Of a stretch of 64,000 bases of DNA, positions 1 to 15,189 are shown piece after piece. Position 1 is the first letter of the stretch. Each line of letters opens with the position of its first letter. Origin of the DNA: the human T2T-CHM13v2.0 reference genome, Homo sapiens; NCBI RefSeq assembly GCF_009914755.1, contig NC_060927.1, one strand, 5' to 3'. Position numbers and translations under genes: made by a program. The notes under the pieces were generated by a model. It had not been told where the DNA came from. It did no database searches and saw nothing but the letters and a program-made list of their open reading frames with translations.

Positions 1-65
1 TTGAGAAGGGTATTGGCTTAAGAATAGGGCTAGCTTAGCCCTAGATTGGAGGTTTCCTGGACCTA

Positions 66-597
66 TGACACTGTGCCCCAAAGAGTTAAAGAAACTAATG
101 ACTGACAGAAATTCTTGAGTTTGTAGGATGATGGATGAGAAAAGAAACAACTTGTTAAAATGCTGAAACTCTCTCTGCTTTTGTAAGATAAAAAAACTGG
201 CTGAAATTGGCTGGGACCACTGTGGTCAACTGGAGCCTGGGCAAAACAAGGTTACTGATGTCACAGTATAAATTTCCACCACATGATTCATACTCACTTC
301 CCCCATATTTACACATACAATCCATAAAATAACATTTTTTGAAACTACACACGTCCAAAGACTTTCCAAACCTCCCCTTCCCTCCTACCAATCACCTACT
401 AATCCCAAAATCTACCCCCTAAACCTTTTCTAATAAAAAAACTTTGCCTTAAAGCCAGCACAGGGAGACAGATTTGAGCTTAACTTCTGTCACCTTGTTG
501 GTTGACTCACAGGAAAGGCTTTTCTTTTCTGAAAAAACCTGATGACATGGTGTTGGCTTCTCATACATCAGGTAGTGAGCTCTTTTGCTTGATAACA
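66..597 (+). mobile_element. ERV1-class solo LTR (MER67-like) interrupting an old L1 5' region
   Basis: TG...CA termini (tgacactgtgccccaaagagttaaagaaac ... gataaca); L1M-like sequence reads through on both sides. Confidence 0.6.
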
Positions 598-1020
598 CTA
601 CCATAACAAAATTTAAAAGCAAGTCCTGAAAGGATCAAACTGTTTCCAAGTAACTGTGTGCCAGAACAAAGCCCAACACTCTTCTGAGGAATAAAACAAA
701 ATCCAACACCCAACACGGTAAAATTCCCATTATCTAGCATCCAGTAGAAAATGACCAGGCATACAAAAGCGCAGGAGTATATGACTCATAACCAGGAGGA
801 AAAATAGAAGAAGTCCCAGCAACAGCAGAGATGATGGAACTAGCAAAAGTGGACATTAAAATAGCTATTATAAATCTCATAAATATATGAAAGGATACTC
901 AAGGAAAACACAAACTCAATTCTGAGAGAAGTAGAAGATATAAAAGAAAACTCAAATGGAACTTTTGGAGGTGGAGAATATAATATCTTAAAAAAAACAA
1001 AATTGAACAAAAATCATTAT
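598..1020 (+). mobile_element. Old L1M 5'UTR/ORF1 fragment (continues from 1-65)
   Basis: aaagcaagtcctgaaaggatcaaactgtttccaag and A-rich ORF1-like text. Confidence 0.6.
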
Positions 1021-1059
1021 CTCATTGATACTAGAACTCATTTTCAGGCTGTCAAGTGA

Positions 1060-1332
1060 TAATTGAATCATCACTTCCTTGGAGAAGCCTCACTGGCTGG
1101 AACAAACCTAATATTCTGGGCTGTCACAGTCTTCAGCCTCCTCTTCAAAGCACTTGTCATAGTCATAGTACTTCCATTATCTGTGGAACTATGCAACTCA
1201 TGTCTGTTTTCCCCACTACACCACAAGGTCTAAGAGAGCAAGAGCATGTTTTTGCCTACCTCTGTACCAGTGCCCAGCCAATGCCAAATATGAAGTAAGC
1301 ACTCCATAAATATATCTTGAATATATGAATGG
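1060..1332 (+). mobile_element. L2 3' end
   Basis: Degenerate L2 tail gtaagcactccataaatatatcttgaatatatgaatg. Confidence 0.55.
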
Positions 1333-1645
1333 ACTTCTATAATCAGCTTTGCAGTGTATTCTTTTGGCAACTCTTGTTTAATGCATCACGCCTGACTTCT
1401 TCCTTCCTTCTTCATCAGCATAGTGATGCTGGTTGACCATGAGGTCCAGCTCTCATATGGCCTCATAAAATGGGCTTCCTGCAGGCACTGTTGAATCCTG
1501 AATTAAGTGTGAACAGATGATTCACTAAGCGACCTGGAGCAAGTTGTTTAACCTCTCTGATCTTTGGGTTTTTCAGCTACTAAATAAGAATATTGAAACA
1601 GATTACCTCTAAGAACTCTCCCAGCTCTCATGTTCCAGGATGCTG

Positions 1646-2483
<838 letters not shown>

Positions 2484-2904
2484 CGGTACTGAAAGCTTAC
2501 CCTTCCTCATTCTTTAAAAACTTCTGCCGCAAAGAAAACACAAAAGTGTTGTATAAGCTGAATCCCCAAAACAGAAATCTTTCCTAACTTGGTCACCAAC
2601 TTGGATGCCTGGGATTTAACCTGAAAGTCTCAATACAAAAGCCCTCTTTGTTCATTTGGCACCCAAAGACCTGATGACACCCAATCTCCATTCTGCTCCT
2701 CCCTCTTTTCCTTCTTTTTCTCATCAGCCATGTTTCAGTCCTGTTTTAACAATTCTACTCCCATTCTGCTGCTGATTTCCTAGGTGCCCTGGGGACATGT
2801 TTCTTGCTCTTCTGAATGAGCTTTCCAAGTTCCATAATCAGTTTGAATATATTACAAGCACCTGTGGGCACTTGGCAGGTGCTGAACAAATATTATTTCC
2901 TGCC

Positions 2905-3410
2905 TTGGTCTAGGTCCTTCAGAAAGCAGAACCTGAGCAAGGATTGAGGTTCTAATTTGCTTAGAAGTTGCAAGCCCAGAGCAATGGAGATGAGGGGGCA
3001 GAAAATGAGGGAAGAGAAGTCATGAGAAGTAATGCAATGCACTACTGTGATGACCTATTTCACCCACCATAAGCTTGGATGGGACACCAGGTTGCATGTT
3101 TACTTAGTATAAAGAGTTCTCTGAAAAGGCTGCAGGAAGGATTAATGATGCAGAGGCACCCACAAGACAGAGTAGGATGGGGGAAGTTATCTGCCCTGCG
3201 CCCATCTGTCTTCTATCTCCTAGGTCAATGTCCACTTCCTGAATAGTTACTAACCTTGCATTATCCAGTCCCTGATGACTGCCCAAGAAACCAGATCCCA
3301 TGCCCCATGGTGAGGTGTTTCACCCAGTCCAAAAGTGGAGGGCATCCGGGAGTGAATGGGCACTATCCAGAAGAGGGTACGAAGCCATAGAGGGAACCTA
3401 AGAAGATATA
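2905..3410 (-). mobile_element. ERVL LTR (LTR33-like)
   Basis: gtctaggtccttcagaaagcagaacctgagcaaggattg resembles the reverse-complemented 3' end of LTR33/LTR16-class LTRs. Confidence 0.45.
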
Positions 3411-3944
3411 TAAGGTATGTCTCCTTATAGTTATCCTCTTGGTACTGTTTCCAAATTCTCAGACACTAATTTGCTAGCAAGCACAACTATAGAAAGACCT
3501 GGATTCTTGTTGCCTTGACTGTACCCGTTCCTCAAACTTGTAACGTGGGTGGAAGATAGAGTGAGGCTGCATATTTTTGTAAGCTGACCCTTGCAGGCTC
3601 CAAGACAGATGGACACACTCAAATCTTGGCATGTAAAATGCAAGACTCGCTCTTTCTTCAGGTGGCTAGAAGGGAGATCTTATCTGTCAGTTGAGGGGGT
3701 CTCTGAGACAGTAACATTCGCCCAGCAGTTTAAGAAAAATGTAATTTAATAGAGTAAAACCAAAGCTTTTGAGCAGTCATTGGGCTGATTTTGACGAAAA
3801 TTCCCCAAAGCTCTTGTTTTTTGCTAGGAACAGAAATGTTTCCTCCTAAGAGTTTTTCAAACCTCTACTTAAATTCAACAGTGGCAAAGTGGCTGTGCTC
3901 AACAGATGGTGGATGCAGGAGTCCCTCAGAATTCCAGTGTACAA

Positions 3945-4288
<344 letters not shown>

Positions 4289-5103
4289 TTACAGAGGAGG
4301 ATGGGTGGGTGGGTGGATGCTTGGGTGGATGAATAGATGAGGTAGCTGCTTAGTTTTGGATATTCAAGAGGTATTGTCTGCACCCAACCCCTTAAACAGG
4401 CAAACAAGAAAAAGCATCAGTGTGGGTTTTTACTGTCTTGAATCATTCTCTCTGACATGTATTTCTTGTCCCTGACACAGCTACCCCCTCCGATCCCCCA
4501 CCCTTCTGGTTTGTTATCAGCTCCATGCTGTCTCTTTGCATTAAAGTGACAAGAAGCAGCACAAAGCTGACGACAGGAGGCCAGAGCTGTAATTTGCACT
4601 GACATTCACTGGCGTTATCCACTTATTGCCTGGTAAGCCAAATAGGAGATTTGTCTGATTTTGATCCCAGGAAGAGAAATGACAACCCTGCTCCACTCTT
4701 GCCATTCTAAACAAGGCACCAAGCTGGTCCTCAGGTCTGAGTTCTGGCTGGCAGTGACCCCTCGCAAAATGTGGGTCTTCGCTATCATTCCTCCTTTCCT
4801 CCTCTGGCTGAAATTTCCTTTCAGGCCTGACATCCGGCAAACACTGAACTAGAGATTTTGGTTGCTGAAGAGTGAGTACTACTGTCATTTTCTCAGCTAG
4901 GGGTGGTACGGTTCACAGGTCACCATGAGGCCTCAAAAAACTATTTGGGGAAAGAGTCCTGACTTCCCCTTGGAAGTCAAACCCCAGCTGAAAAATACCT
5001 CAACAATTCTCTTTCTGCCTCCCAGACCCTGCCCAAGCTGTAAGAGAAACAAGGCTGAACAAGAGGCTCAAGAGAAGTGGCATGAAGGGAGTTAGCCTGC
5101 GAG

Positions 5104-6353
5104 CAGGGCTTGCTACATAATTGGCAAGGCCCAGTACAAAATAAAAAAGTAGGACCCTTGCTCAAAAAAGGGGGGGAAAGTGTTGTTAAAAGCACTAAAA
5201 TGTAAAGCTTTTGTCTTTCTTCTGTGATCTCTCTCTGATGTCATGACATTTTTAAAAATCTGTTATGTAATGTTGTTCTTAGTATAAATAAATTATTTGC
5301 ATGAATTCTACCATTAGTTTATATTATGCAATGCCAGTTTTAAATGCATGTATAAGAGTATGTAACTCAGATACACCAAAATGGCACAATCTGTATTTTT
5401 TTTTTTTTTTTTTGAGACGGAGTCTCACTCTGTTGCCCAGGCTGGAGTGCAGTGGTGCAATTGGCTCACTGCAACCTCCACCTCCTGGGTTCAAGCAATT
5501 CTCCTGCCTCAGCCTCCTGAGTAGCTGGGATTACAGGTGCGCGCCACCACGCCCAGCTAATTTTTGTATTTTTAGTAGAGACGGGGTTTCACCATGTTGG
5601 CCAGGATGGTCTTGATCTCTTGACTTCATGATCTCCCCACCTCGGCCTCCCAAAGTGCTGGGATTACAGATGTAAGCCACCACTCTAGGCCCACAATTTG
5701 TATCTTATAGCTCATATTTGCTTACATGTCTCCTTCCTACAAGGACAATGGAAATGCTGCATAAAACTAACTGTTCTTATTTCCTTTCCTGATACATGTA
5801 CATTCTACCAACTCTCTCCACCTTTATCTTACCGGTGAGTAAGGAAAGACTGAAAGGAAAAGGAACTGTGTTTGCCCTATTTTTTCCCTTTTCTTCTGCC
5901 ATCATTTTCAGTGTAAGTGGCTGGTTAATACAGGGAAGTAACATAAATAAGAACATGATAGGGCTCCATGGCTGTTCTTAGAACCCCACTGTCCTCTTTC
6001 TGCATTCAAGGCAAGTTCTGGTTGGATGGAAAGCATGGCCTCTCTGGGTTACCCGCAGCTGTCAGTTATAGGGTAACATGGTTCCCTTGTACTCATTTTG
6101 AGTTTCACTGAACTCCCTTGCATTGTGGATCCCCTGGAATTCTGTGCTCATGTGGCATCATCAAAAATGCTATACACAAATAAAGCTTGCACATCTCTGT
6201 TCATGTGCATGCTTTATTGTCTTATTGACTTCACTTGTAAAACATAAGTTCAAAGATAAAATTATTAAGAATTTCAAGATGATGACAGCAAAGCAGTAAG
6301 CCAAATATGGAGCCCTTCTGAGCCAGGGCCCTGTGTTCATGAATTAGGCCCCG
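5104..6353 (-). mobile_element. MER45B-like hAT-Tip100 DNA transposon, split by an Alu
   Basis: Both MER45 termini present (cagggcttgctacataatt... and ...aaattattaagaatttcaagatg...gcccttctgagc...ggccccg). Confidence 0.75.
5397..5691 (-). mobile_element. AluSc-like
   Basis: aggatggtcttgatctcttgac diagnostic; TSD cacaatctgtat/cacaatttgtat. Confidence 0.92.
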
Positions 6354-6373
6354 TCTGGGTGGTAGAATATGAG

Positions 6374-6625
6374 AGCTAATACTTAAGTAGCGTCTACAAT
6401 AACCAAGCACTAGTTTAAGTACTTTGTATGTATTATTCATTGAATCTTCCTGACAACCCAATACAGCAGGTAAGTTACTACCCCATTTTTCAGATATGAA
6501 ACTTGAGGTACTGGGAGATTAAATGTCTTGCCCGGGGTCACAGAACATGCCACTGGCAGGGCCAAGACACAGACCCAAGTAGTCTGGCCCCAAAGGCCAT
6601 GGCCCTAACCACTATGCTAAACTGC
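6374..6625 (-). mobile_element. MIR
   Basis: MIR core ccccatttttcagatatgaaacttgagg...cttgcccggggtcacag. Confidence 0.8.
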
Positions 6626-6816
6626 TTCTCAGGGGAAATCGAAGAAAGACTTGGCGGGGAGAGGGTGTCACACATTTCTCTTTCCCCTTGTGCCTGTGGT
6701 TAGGTCTACACATCAGAGCCTGGGATGCCTTTTCCTCATCATGGGGATCAATAACTTTACTTCTTTAAAGTGGTGACTTTGCTCAAGCCTAGGTCAAGGG
6801 GCTTAGAGACACCTTA

Positions 6817-7248
<432 letters not shown>

Positions 7249-8117
7249 TCAGCACAACTCAAAAGCATTCCCCACCCACTGGCCTGCAGAGGCATTGCCC
7301 ATCACCTTCACGGGGTCAAAAGAAAAGACTTCTTCATCCTGGACACTGGCCTGCCTACGTCAGCAGGGAGAAAGGATGATGGGGGCGGAGGGAAGTGAAG
7401 GTTCTGTATTGGCACTTGTGCAGGCAGGAGACAGAAAGGGAGGCAGGGAGGAAGGAGGGCCACGGAAGGGATTGGAGGGCTTGGAGAGGGCACAGAGGAG
7501 GAGACTACGACAGCAGATAAGCACTTGATGCAAGGCTCCCAGGAAAGGAATGGATCCACGCATTTTACATTGACCCTGAACAGTTTATTATCCATCACCA
7601 AACAATCCAGTCCTATTCAGTCACGTTTATGATGGACTCACTGGCAGTGCACGCCCTCTGATTAGCCATGCAAACATGGGTAATGTTAAATAGGAGCTGT
7701 GTCTTCCTCAGCATGAAGGTTATGGGCAGACACCCCCGTCTCACCTACCAGAAAGACTTCTGTGCCATGGTGGATCAAAACAACAGTTTAAAGGGGTTTT
7801 GTTGTTCCTCATAAATATCCCCCCCTACACACATACAACTGAGACAGAAGACTGAAATATCTCATCATTTAGGATTTAAGAACAAAAAATATGACATGAG
7901 TCGGTAGTGACTACTCCAGATTGGATGCCTGGACACGAGGAAAGGACGGCCATGAAGGCAGGCAATGGCTTCAGGCCGTTGTTTTTATCATTCCGATAGC
8001 AGCAATTGCAGCTTCTCCCCATGGTTGTTTTTCCTTTTCCCAGAGCACAGAAGGCTTTTTCTGCTTTTCTCCAGCTTCCGTGGTACAGTGCCTTTAGGGG
8101 AGCTTTATTGATCAGCA

Positions 8118-8131
8118 ACAGCAGGGGGCAG
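8118..8131 (+). promoter_or_regulatory. Candidate CTCF motif
   Basis: ACAGCAGGGGGCAG matches 13/14 of CCASYAGRKGGCRS, in locally CpG-enriched non-repeat DNA. Confidence 0.5.
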
Positions 8132-9661
8132 AGCTCCTTCTCCTCGCCCGCCTTTTTTGGGTCGTAATGCTCTACTTCTCTCTGGACAAATCATTTGGAA
8201 ACCAACAGGCGTGTACTTGATGCATGACGCAAATGTCATATGGTGTTGCTAATGTCACACCGTTGACAAAAGAAGAAAAGGAAAAGGATCCCAGCAGATG
8301 GATGGGTTTTACATTTCATATAACACACTGTTGATTCCTGACAGCCCAGAGCAAACAGCAGCCGCATCGTTGTGAAAAGATGCAAAGTTTTATGTCATCT
8401 CCAGCAAGAATTGCCCCAATGGCTGTTTTGGGGCCCTTAATCCTCTTCTCAGAGAATTTTCTTTATGATGGTTCTTTTTTTCTCTCAAAAATATTGCTGG
8501 TCCCAGTGCATGGGGACAAAAACATGGCTACTCCCTTGGGTCCTTTGCTACAAAGTGGGTTTTGTGGCCCAGATAAAGCTCTGGAGACATGATTGGCTAA
8601 AGAGCAGTGGAAAATAAGGCGTTCCCCAAATGTCACATTTGGCCACTTTGAGGGAAGGAGGCTCACGGGCGTAAGAGTATCCAAAACCACATAATATAGT
8701 CTCTTACCTGTCTTTTTATTGACAGACAAAGGAGATCCCAAACTGCCAGCCAACCCTGAACCAAGAGGGGAACTTCAGTCAAAACTTAGACATTTTTCTT
8801 CCTTGGGTCATAGTTTCCTGATAATAAAATATTTTAAGTCTCCAGTAAAAATTCGTATACTATAATGATACAATTTATGTTGGAGATAGAGAACCTACTT
8901 TAGTCCTGGATCTCAGAGTTCCAGATTTCTTCTGGCTTTAACACAGAAGGGCTGAGGTGTTGAATGCAAAACAGTTGGAGGTTGACCCCTGGCTGGCTGA
9001 TCCCAACTCTGAGTTAATCATTGCCTGCCACCAATCAGGTAGGAAATATCACTTTACTGTATGGCCACCGAGAACCATTACTTTCAAATTGTTGTGGGTT
9101 GCCACGGAAACAAGGACATCTTAATGTTAAGAATAATTTACTCTGTAATGAAAATGGTCTATCTCTAAAGGAAAGTTAACTTGGAAACCTTTTGAGTCAT
9201 CCCCAGTTGCTGTCCCCTCCCCACCCCCACCCTACTTTCTTCTGCTTGCCTAGAGGCCTTAATTTTGATGATCTATGAGGTGTCAGCCAGAAGGTCTTGT
9301 GCTCTGCCGCAAAGCACTATAAAAAGGCAGATGTATGACTGTGTCATCCACAAATACCCTAGAAAGTTAAGTGTTAAACCAGTGTTAATAATACATGTTT
9401 TCCTCTGAAGTAGGTTATAGAAGGATCACTGGGGCCCCTTAAAATATTACAAACCAATAAAATCTCAGGGAGCTCAGGGACACCTAACCCTGCCATCACC
9501 CTTTTAGTACTGTCAGAAAAGTTATTAAATGCCATTCCATCTTGTCTTCCTAAAACCCCTGGATGGAGACAGGGAAACAGCCCCTCCAAACAACTGAACT
9601 CGGTCTCTACAAATCGGAAGTCTTGGGACCAGAAAGACCCAGGGAATGCAGAAATTACTCT

Positions 9662-9798
9662 TTAAAATGTTTGAGGTGGTGGATATGCTAATTACTGTGA
9701 TGTGATCATTATATGGTGTGTACCTGCATTGAAATACCATTCTGTATCCCATAAATGTGTAAAATTATTGGGTGTCAACTAAAAATAAAATGAAAAAA
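9662..9798 (+). mobile_element. L1MA 3' terminal fragment
   Basis: aatgtttgaggtggtggatatgctaattac...ataaatgtgtaaaattattgggtgtcaactaaaaataaaa. Confidence 0.8.
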
Positions 9799-10344
9799 GT
9801 TGAATTGAATTTAAACAAATGTTTAAAGTCTTCCCAGGAAACATAGTGACGGGCCATTGCCATTGACTCAGTGTCCCGCCCCCACCATTTTGCTACCAAG
9901 CTCCCTGATCTGAATAAGAGGAAGCAAAAAAAACACTCTGATCCAGGTCCTGCCTGGCCTCCCATCAAAGAGCCCTCCCTCCATCTCTCAATCATCCCCA
10001 TTGACTTCTGGTCCTTGCAGGGAGGTTTCTTAAGGCTCTCCCACCCCTTCGAGGGGAGCCTGTAAGAAGGGCTGCTGGCTTGTGTGCATAAGAATTTGAA
10101 GCTTACTTGACAGCAATCCATGGCTGTGCTGTCTTTGCTGAAGAAAATTCCATTTTGAAACTCTATAGAATTGTCCTGGTAGATATATAAAGTCCTGATT
10201 GTTCCTTGTCTTCTATTGCTTCTCACCCAATAGTAAGATTGGTTGTTGTTGTTTTCCATTGGAAGGTCCTTCCTCTTGCAGGAAAAAGAGTCAGCATGAT
10301 TGGAAATATGAGCCATGGTCAAGAAATCCAAATGCACCCATTTT

Positions 10345-10674
<330 letters not shown>

Positions 10675-10699
10675 ATCCAAATGCCCCCATTTCAATCAA

Positions 10700-11125
10700 G
10701 CTAGGTTCCGAGAAGCAGACCCTGAGAGAAGATTCTGGTGCAGGTGACTCACTAGGACGTATTCTCAAGGAAATCCTAAGTAGAGTGGGGAAAGGAGACT
10801 GAGAAGGGTAGGAAAACAAACAAAGGTTATGATGCCAAGCTGAGTCCCCTGAAGGATGATGTTGGCACAATCTCTCAGAGGGCACACCCAAGTGTCCCCA
10901 TCAGGGATGAGGGAGAATTTCTGTCCCTGCATCCCCCAGCCATTGGTTCAGGTCTGCATCCCATGGTGCATGCAGGCAAAGGGGTTCTGGTAGCTGCTGG
11001 CCATCCTCCAACAAAGAAAGGCAGGTGCAGCTGGGGAGGAGGCACAGGGGAGCTGATGTGCCCAGAAGGGGCGAAAGGATCTGAGGATATAGGGACATGG
11101 GGCTGACAGCATCCTGCCTCACACT
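10700..11125 (-). mobile_element. ERVL LTR (LTR16-like)
   Basis: aggttccgagaagcagaccctgagagaagattctggtgcaggtgact matches the LTR16 3' end, reverse complement. Confidence 0.6.
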
Positions 11126-12020
11126 CCACCCACAAGAATATAAAGGAAAGAAGGAACCCAGAGTTTTCTTCCAGGTCCATCTATTTGTTCATCACTCATC
11201 CATTGATTTAAGCAAACATATACTCAGCACTGGTCATGTTCCAGTTATTGTGCTAAATACTGAGGGTTTCTAAAAAAAAAAACATGGTCAAGTGTGGGGA
11301 AGCCAGTACTAATCTTATACTTGAGAGGCTAGCACTCCAAAAAGGTGGGGTGGGGAATATGTACCCAAATGTCTATCACCCAGGTCAGGTTTGGACTTAA
11401 ATATTTCTAACTTCTGTCTAGGTCTCTTCCATGAAGGGCCAAGCCTTCGATCTCAGAAAAAAAACCAAAACTCTCTGTACAATTATGTAATCCAAAGGTT
11501 CTAAGGCTATGCTGCCAAATGTTAATAAAGCACCTAGAGATCCCTGGATGAAAAGCACAACATGAGTGCAAGGTATTATTAGTAATCAAAGTGGTATTTA
11601 GTAATACCAAAATAAATAAGTTGACCCAGAAGTTTTGCTCCGCATTCAAGGGAGCGTTCTGGGTATCCTAGGCCCTTTATCTAAGAATCAAATGCTCCCA
11701 CAGCTATAACACATTCCTGCCCTGGTTTGTCTTATGAACTGAGCATTTTGCTGGCATCACACTTTGGTAAGTACCCTGCTGATTCCAAGGGCAGCATTTC
11801 AGCAGCAGCCCTGGCAGGCGGGTTACTTAAGGTCACGTCCATCTATTGCCCATGACCCACATGCCAGGACCAGGAGAGAGTGAGAAGGGGCTGGAGTGAG
11901 TGGAGACTAATAGCAAAACATTCTCATTTGTAGGGTAAAACAGGTTAGGAAAAGTGCAGGTAGTCTTCCTGTTCCTCCTAGGGCCACAGACTGGCAGATA
12001 GGAGGGTGTGCCCAAGACTA

Positions 12021-12214
12021 CGGCTGCTGGATTAAATAGGGGCCACACAGTTAAATCTGGACTGCAGATAAATAACACATACTCTTTTTTTAGTATGAGT
12101 ATGTCCCAAACATCTCATGGGACATACTTACAGTGAAACTTTTTTTGTTGCTTATCTGAAATTCAAATGTAACTGGGCACCGTGTATTTTTATTTGCTAG
12201 CTCTGGCAAGCCTA
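12021..12214. mobile_element. MER53 palindromic DNA element
   Basis: Central inverted repeat agtatgtccca...tgggacatact and arms cagttaaatctggactgcagataa / ttatctgaaattcaaatgtaactg. Confidence 0.85.
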
Positions 12215-12999
12215 CCCCAAGGACTTCACCACAAGGACTTTTCTCCTTTAATTCCCTGCTCAGGTCAGAAGTGGGAGGCCAGATAGCTAAAGAGGACTTC
12301 ATATCAGGCTGGATAGGGAGTTCGGATCTCCCTAAGCAAGCTATTGATCTGATGTCAAATAAAATTGCTTTTTAAGGTCTTCCCCTAACTGTCCCTGGGA
12401 AGTGTGTTCATGGGGCAGGAAATGAAGGCAAAAAAATGACCAAGGAAAGAATCCCTTGGCAGAGCCTCAAATTCTAGAATTCCTTTTTCCAATGTAACTC
12501 CTTAGATTTTTAGTCTGTCATGAACTTGCCTTAAGCTTATGAAGAAGTTAAACAACACTTTGCTTTTTAAACCACAACAAGAATGGAGAATTCGTCTAAA
12601 ATTAAATGCCATGTGCAGATTTTAAAGCCATGGAGATGTACAAGCAGCCCAAAACTCAAATTTGCCCCACAGCTTTTTCCTAGCAGAGCACTTTCCCAGC
12701 AGCTACTGCCTTTGGGCCTTGACATAGCCTTGGGGATGGGCAACACAAATGTTATCCAACCCGTTGGCAGGTGAGGCAGGTCAGGCCAACACAAGTTGAG
12801 GGGCCCGTCCAGAGCAACAGGTGTGGGGACAGAAGCCTCACCTATGACCCTGGCTCTTCCCATCTGAACAAGTTGTTAGGAAGTGAACCTGGAGCCTGAT
12901 CCTGGATTTCCGAGTCAAGATCTGGGGTATGTTATTTAAGCATTTCAGACCCTGCCTTCCATGGTATATCTGGCAGAGCCTACAAGTGTATTCTATAAA

Positions 13000-13460
13000 T
13001 CTTAATGGAACATGTGCAATGTGCCAGGCATGTTCGAGATGCTGGGGCCACAGCTGAGGAAGGCAGACAAGGTTCCTGCCTTCGTGGGGCTCACATTCTG
13101 GAGGGGACAGGCGGGCAGATCATAAACAAGTAAACAGATTAGTAAGCATGTAGCAGATGGTGACAAGTACTGGGAAGCTAGGGACAGAAGGTACAGGTGG
13201 AAGGCGGGGCTGCTTTATGGAGGGTGAACTGAAGCTCTTTCTGGAGAGGAGATGCCTGAACAGCCAGCCTAGTGTCCCATGTGGGGTTCCAGCTTTTAGG
13301 CGGAGCAGCTGCGGTGCTCCAAGATGGGACAAGCCTGGTTTTTGAGGGACAGCAGTGAAGTTGACCAGTTGGAGAGCAGGGATGGTCAGAGCGCCAGGCA
13401 CCCTCAGGGCATGGTAAGGAGTTCAGATTTTATTTAACGTGTGATGATGATGCTGGTGGA
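13000..13460 (-). mobile_element. L2
   Basis: atgtgccaggcatgttcgagatgctgggg...cctgccttcgtggggctcacattctg. Confidence 0.7.
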
Positions 13461-13956
13461 AAGCAAGTCTTAGCCTAGGTTCTCAGCTTCTTCTATGAAG
13501 ATCGAGGTCACAGACTGGGCAGAATGCAGAGGACACAGAGGCCCTCATGGACTACCATGAGCTGGGCCATCTCTTGAATGAGCTCTGGAAGGGGTCAGGT
13601 GAGACACCTGGCCACTGCCTTATATACAAAGTTGGGGTCCTAGAGCTTGGATTTTTCTCAGGATATAAAATTCTATCTTCCTTCAACTTTATGTGCTTCT
13701 ATGGGAAGCTACTGAATACCCTGATAAGGTTTCAGACCCTGCAACAGTGATTTGCAGGCCCTGAAGGCCGTCTAACTCAGGCTTGGATGGCCCAGTCTAC
13801 TTATGCCTTCCTGCCAAGAAAAGATAGCCCAGTCCTGACATGGGGATGAGCAGAGCTGGGCCCTGGCACAGTGGCCGAATATTCTATATACCTATTTTCT
13901 TGGATTTGGAAGGTCAGTCTGGCACCTTGTTCAGGGCCAGATGAAAACATTTGGAC

Positions 13957-14117
13957 CAGTGGTTTTCAAACTGTGGTCCCAGGCCAGCAGCCACAGCACC
14001 AAGTGGGAACTTGTTAGAAATGATAAAATTAGAAACTTAGGGGTTTGAACTCAGCTCTCTGTGTCTTAACAAGCCCTCCAGGTGATTCTGATTCTCAAGA
14101 AAGTTTGAGGACCACTG
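13957..14117. mobile_element. MER5A (hAT-Charlie)
   Basis: TIRs cagtggttttcaaact / agtttgaggaccactg; ttaacaagccctccaggtgattctgat. Confidence 0.85.
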
Positions 14118-15189
14118 CGTTAGAAGAAAGCTGGGCAGGTGGTTAAAACAAAATCCTCCTTTTGATGAGACTTGGCTCTCAGTGCAAAGTCAAAGCAGGG
14201 CAAAAACAGAAAAACTCTTCAGGGCACCAGGATGCGTGATGCACTGTCTGCCAAATACCTGACCAACCACAGAACCTGATATCTGAGGTGTAACTTTTCC
14301 ATCCAGCAAAACTCTGTGGTGAAACAGATTGATAAAGAATAAACTTTGGCTGTTTCTCCCAACTAGATGCTGAGGCCCTCGTTTACTCTTGGTGTACTCT
14401 AGATGCTACTGTGTCATTCATTCATTCTCACACTCATATCTGTTGAAGACACAGAGATAATAAAATCCTATCTCCACTCTCAAGTAGCTTGTATCAAGAG
14501 GAGGAGTGTAACTTGTGAATGAAAAAAGTGACAACGCAGGGGAATAAGCGATTGCAAGCGAACTCTGGTTTGGAGTTGAGGAGTCATGGGGAAGGAGAGA
14601 GGGGGTGTCAGCCATGCCTAGAGGAACAGAAACACAGGAGTGTGGCAGGGGCTAGTCTAGTTCAACCAGCTTGGTGGCTGAGTCATTTCACAACATCACC
14701 AGGTGGGAAAACTTGAGTTCACATTCCCACATCCTCCCTGAGAACAGACTTGCCTGTAGGTCCAAATACACCTGATGGTTCCCCATGGACCTCCACGAAC
14801 TCTGGAGGTGCTACCACTGGCAGCCCCGGTCCCCAAAGAGCTGACCAGGGGCTTTTTTCCCAGCTCCTCTTTTGACGGGGGCTCTTACTGACTGATTGGC
14901 CAACTCCAAAGCCCAGCATCCCCTTCTCAGTCCTGTCTCACTTCTACATCAGAATTTTGTCCATCTGAAAGTACTTTCCATTGAGCAAGGCAGGACTGGG
15001 AATAAACTCCTGCCCATAAAGTCAACACTTGAACCATTCCAGTCCTTAGCATCTAGACTTAGCAATTCTATTCAAACCTGCAGCATGGCCACCTTTGATA
15101 ATTCAATCATTCAAAGCTATTTATTAGCCAGGGCCTGACCCAAATGTCCCTCTGAGTCATCCTGTTACTGATGGTTAATAATTATGCTG

